From: Convolutriloba macropyga
Lineage: Eukaryota
Assembly (NCBI RefSeq): GCF_964194025.1
Contig: NC_134480.1
Location: 39,494,001-39,558,000 of the forward strand
Direction of reading: 5' to 3'
Length of the DNA: 64,000 nt
Part shown: positions 62,135 to 64,000 of the stretch, in pieces
Layout of the letters: every line of letters begins with the position of its first letter
Numbering within the stretch: the stretch's first letter is position 1
Translations under genes and position numbers: made by a program
The notes under the pieces: generated by a model
Databases searched by the model: none
What the model was told of the DNA's origin: nothing
The model's input: only the letters and a program-made list of their open reading frames with translations

Positions 62135-64000
62135 ATCGTTGTTTCATAGTGCGATTTTAGCGGATAATATTTCGATACAATTAGATAGTAATAGCCTTTA
62201 TTTGAGCGGTTCGAATGCATGATATATCCACTAGTTGCATTGTGATTTAAAAACTTTTAACTGCTATAATTAAACTCTGCTAATTAAAATCTGTTAATTA
62301 TTTTTGCTCGTGTTATTAAATAATATTCAGAGTTAGAGAAAGTAATTTTACAAGATTTTAAGGAAATTTCAAGATTAGTTATCAACTGGTTATCAGGCTG
62401 GTTAATTCTTCAGTTTTATACCTCGATTTCTATTGGTCCTTCGTAAATATTTACTAATCTTTAAGTTGTGCGATTTCCGGCTTTTGTAGGTTGTTTGATG
62501 TTGGTTGAGTACATATACATTTCCGTATTAGCACCTACTTTAGCAGCGTAGTTAGTTAACCAATTGCGTATCATTTCGGTACAATTTACCAATTATACAA
62601 ATTCTTCTTCATAGAACTTAAAAAGTTAAGTTTGAAAACTTTCTGTTACGTAGTTTGTTTATCAGTAATCTGTCATTCTGCGTTTGTTGTCAATAAACAT
62701 AAACAAATTAGAGATTACAGTCCTAGATGGAAATACGGACCAAATCAAATATGGCCCTCAGAACTAATTAAATATGGACCAAGTTATAAAAAAATTATTC
62801 AAGCATTTTTAAAACTTTTTCTAGGGAAATCACCACGTAACTATGGGGGACGAAATAAGGTGAATAAATAAACTTTAAAGGTGAATACTTCTCGAGCTCA
62901 TTTTTTTGTTCTTAAGAATTCCTTTAGAAGCAATTTCTTGTTTGAAAATTACTAAGTAGCGTAATTAAGTTTTTATCTGAGGTCCCCACCCGTCAGGGGT
63001 TTGCGGACACGGAGAAGCTGAGTCGAGCGCAAAATGCATGACCCTAGATAATCAAGCGACAAAAAATGATTAAATTGAGCACCTCTCACGTTTTTTTTTT
63101 AATTTAGATCAATCAGATCGTTTGGCCAATCAAATGTAAGCGTTCGACGCTGATTCGCAGTATTTTTTCGGCTGTGTGCTTGTTCGGCTCTAATTCCTAG
63201 CTCCATTAAAGGTCGTTCATTTAAGCAAGGAATGTAGTGGAACTTGGTATGCCGACGAATTCGAAAAACTGTCTGTGATTGGTTTCTAATTGCATTTGAA
63301 GCCATGCTACTTAAAGACATTGTGGTCTTGTCGTCTGTAACCAATAAACCAATAAATTGAATAATCAAACACAATTCAATTCATTGAGATTCGAAAAACT
63401 TGGCGTTCAATTTGTGACACGTTTGATAACAAAGAATAACAAATTGTGACAGATTTTATTTACACTCAGTTTTGCAATCTTTCCTTAATTCGTGATATTT
63501 GAGAAAAGCAGCAAAGTTCCCATTGCTCCCAAACTATGCATAATTGGAGAGGAGTTCGAAGGGCAATAGAAATAAATGCTTCTTATCGTTTTGACTGGTG
63601 TAAGCCTTAGATGTCGATGGAAGATTTGAGAAAAAGGAAGTTCTAGAAAAGTCTGGGTTTTTTAACTAGGTATGTCGCGGCTGAAAATTGGTCGTGAAAT
63701 GTAATAAATCTGATCTGAAGATAAATTACTCCTTGACGAACCAAAAATGTCAAACTCATTTAAACTATAATTTATAATATCCTGCACTCCTTCAAAAGTG
63801 TCTGGTCTTTCCGTCCTTTTTAGGGTTGACATTCGCTTGTAGCAGCTAGACTTAAGGTTTTCCAACTTGTCAGGAAAATACGATCGTGAAAAAGAAAATT
63901 CATTTTTTTCTAGGAGCTTGCATTTGTTTTATTTTTTAGAATAACCTGACGTCACCAAACAGCGTGACGGATACCTGAATTGGCACTAAAATTTTTGAGT

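Noticed and set aside
63099-63865. Possible minus-strand exons (91 and 67 aa ORFs)
   Set aside because: No recognisable motifs and only weak splice signals; not supportable without homology or RNA data.

Overview
AT-rich, repeat-dense eukaryotic (animal, probably invertebrate) genomic DNA with two assembly gaps (46244-46555, 62112-62134). There are four host genes, all on the + strand: a two-exon ALDH3-family aldehyde dehydrogenase ending in a CaaX box (4396-12006), an intronless LRR1 (33626-34891), a five-exon NRAMP/SLC11 metal transporter (36446-48282) and an intronless tyrosine aminotransferase (54713-55990). The rest is mostly transposon-derived: two decayed LINEs, an internally deleted BEL/Pao LTR element carrying a ~333-bp inverted duplication, a Mutator-type MITE with a 9-bp TSD, a foldback element and several tandem duplications. 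The most notable feature is a set of at least four non-autonomous element families (called A-D here). Each has its own subterminal inverted repeat, but all share a 3' hairpin followed by (c/t)tatgttt, which is the Helentron/DINE-1 (HINE) architecture. They insert into T-runs inside one another, and empty and filled sites are both visible in the window. One subtype carries a tRNA-like Pol III A/B-box cassette. Repeat coordinates were read by eye and are approximate.
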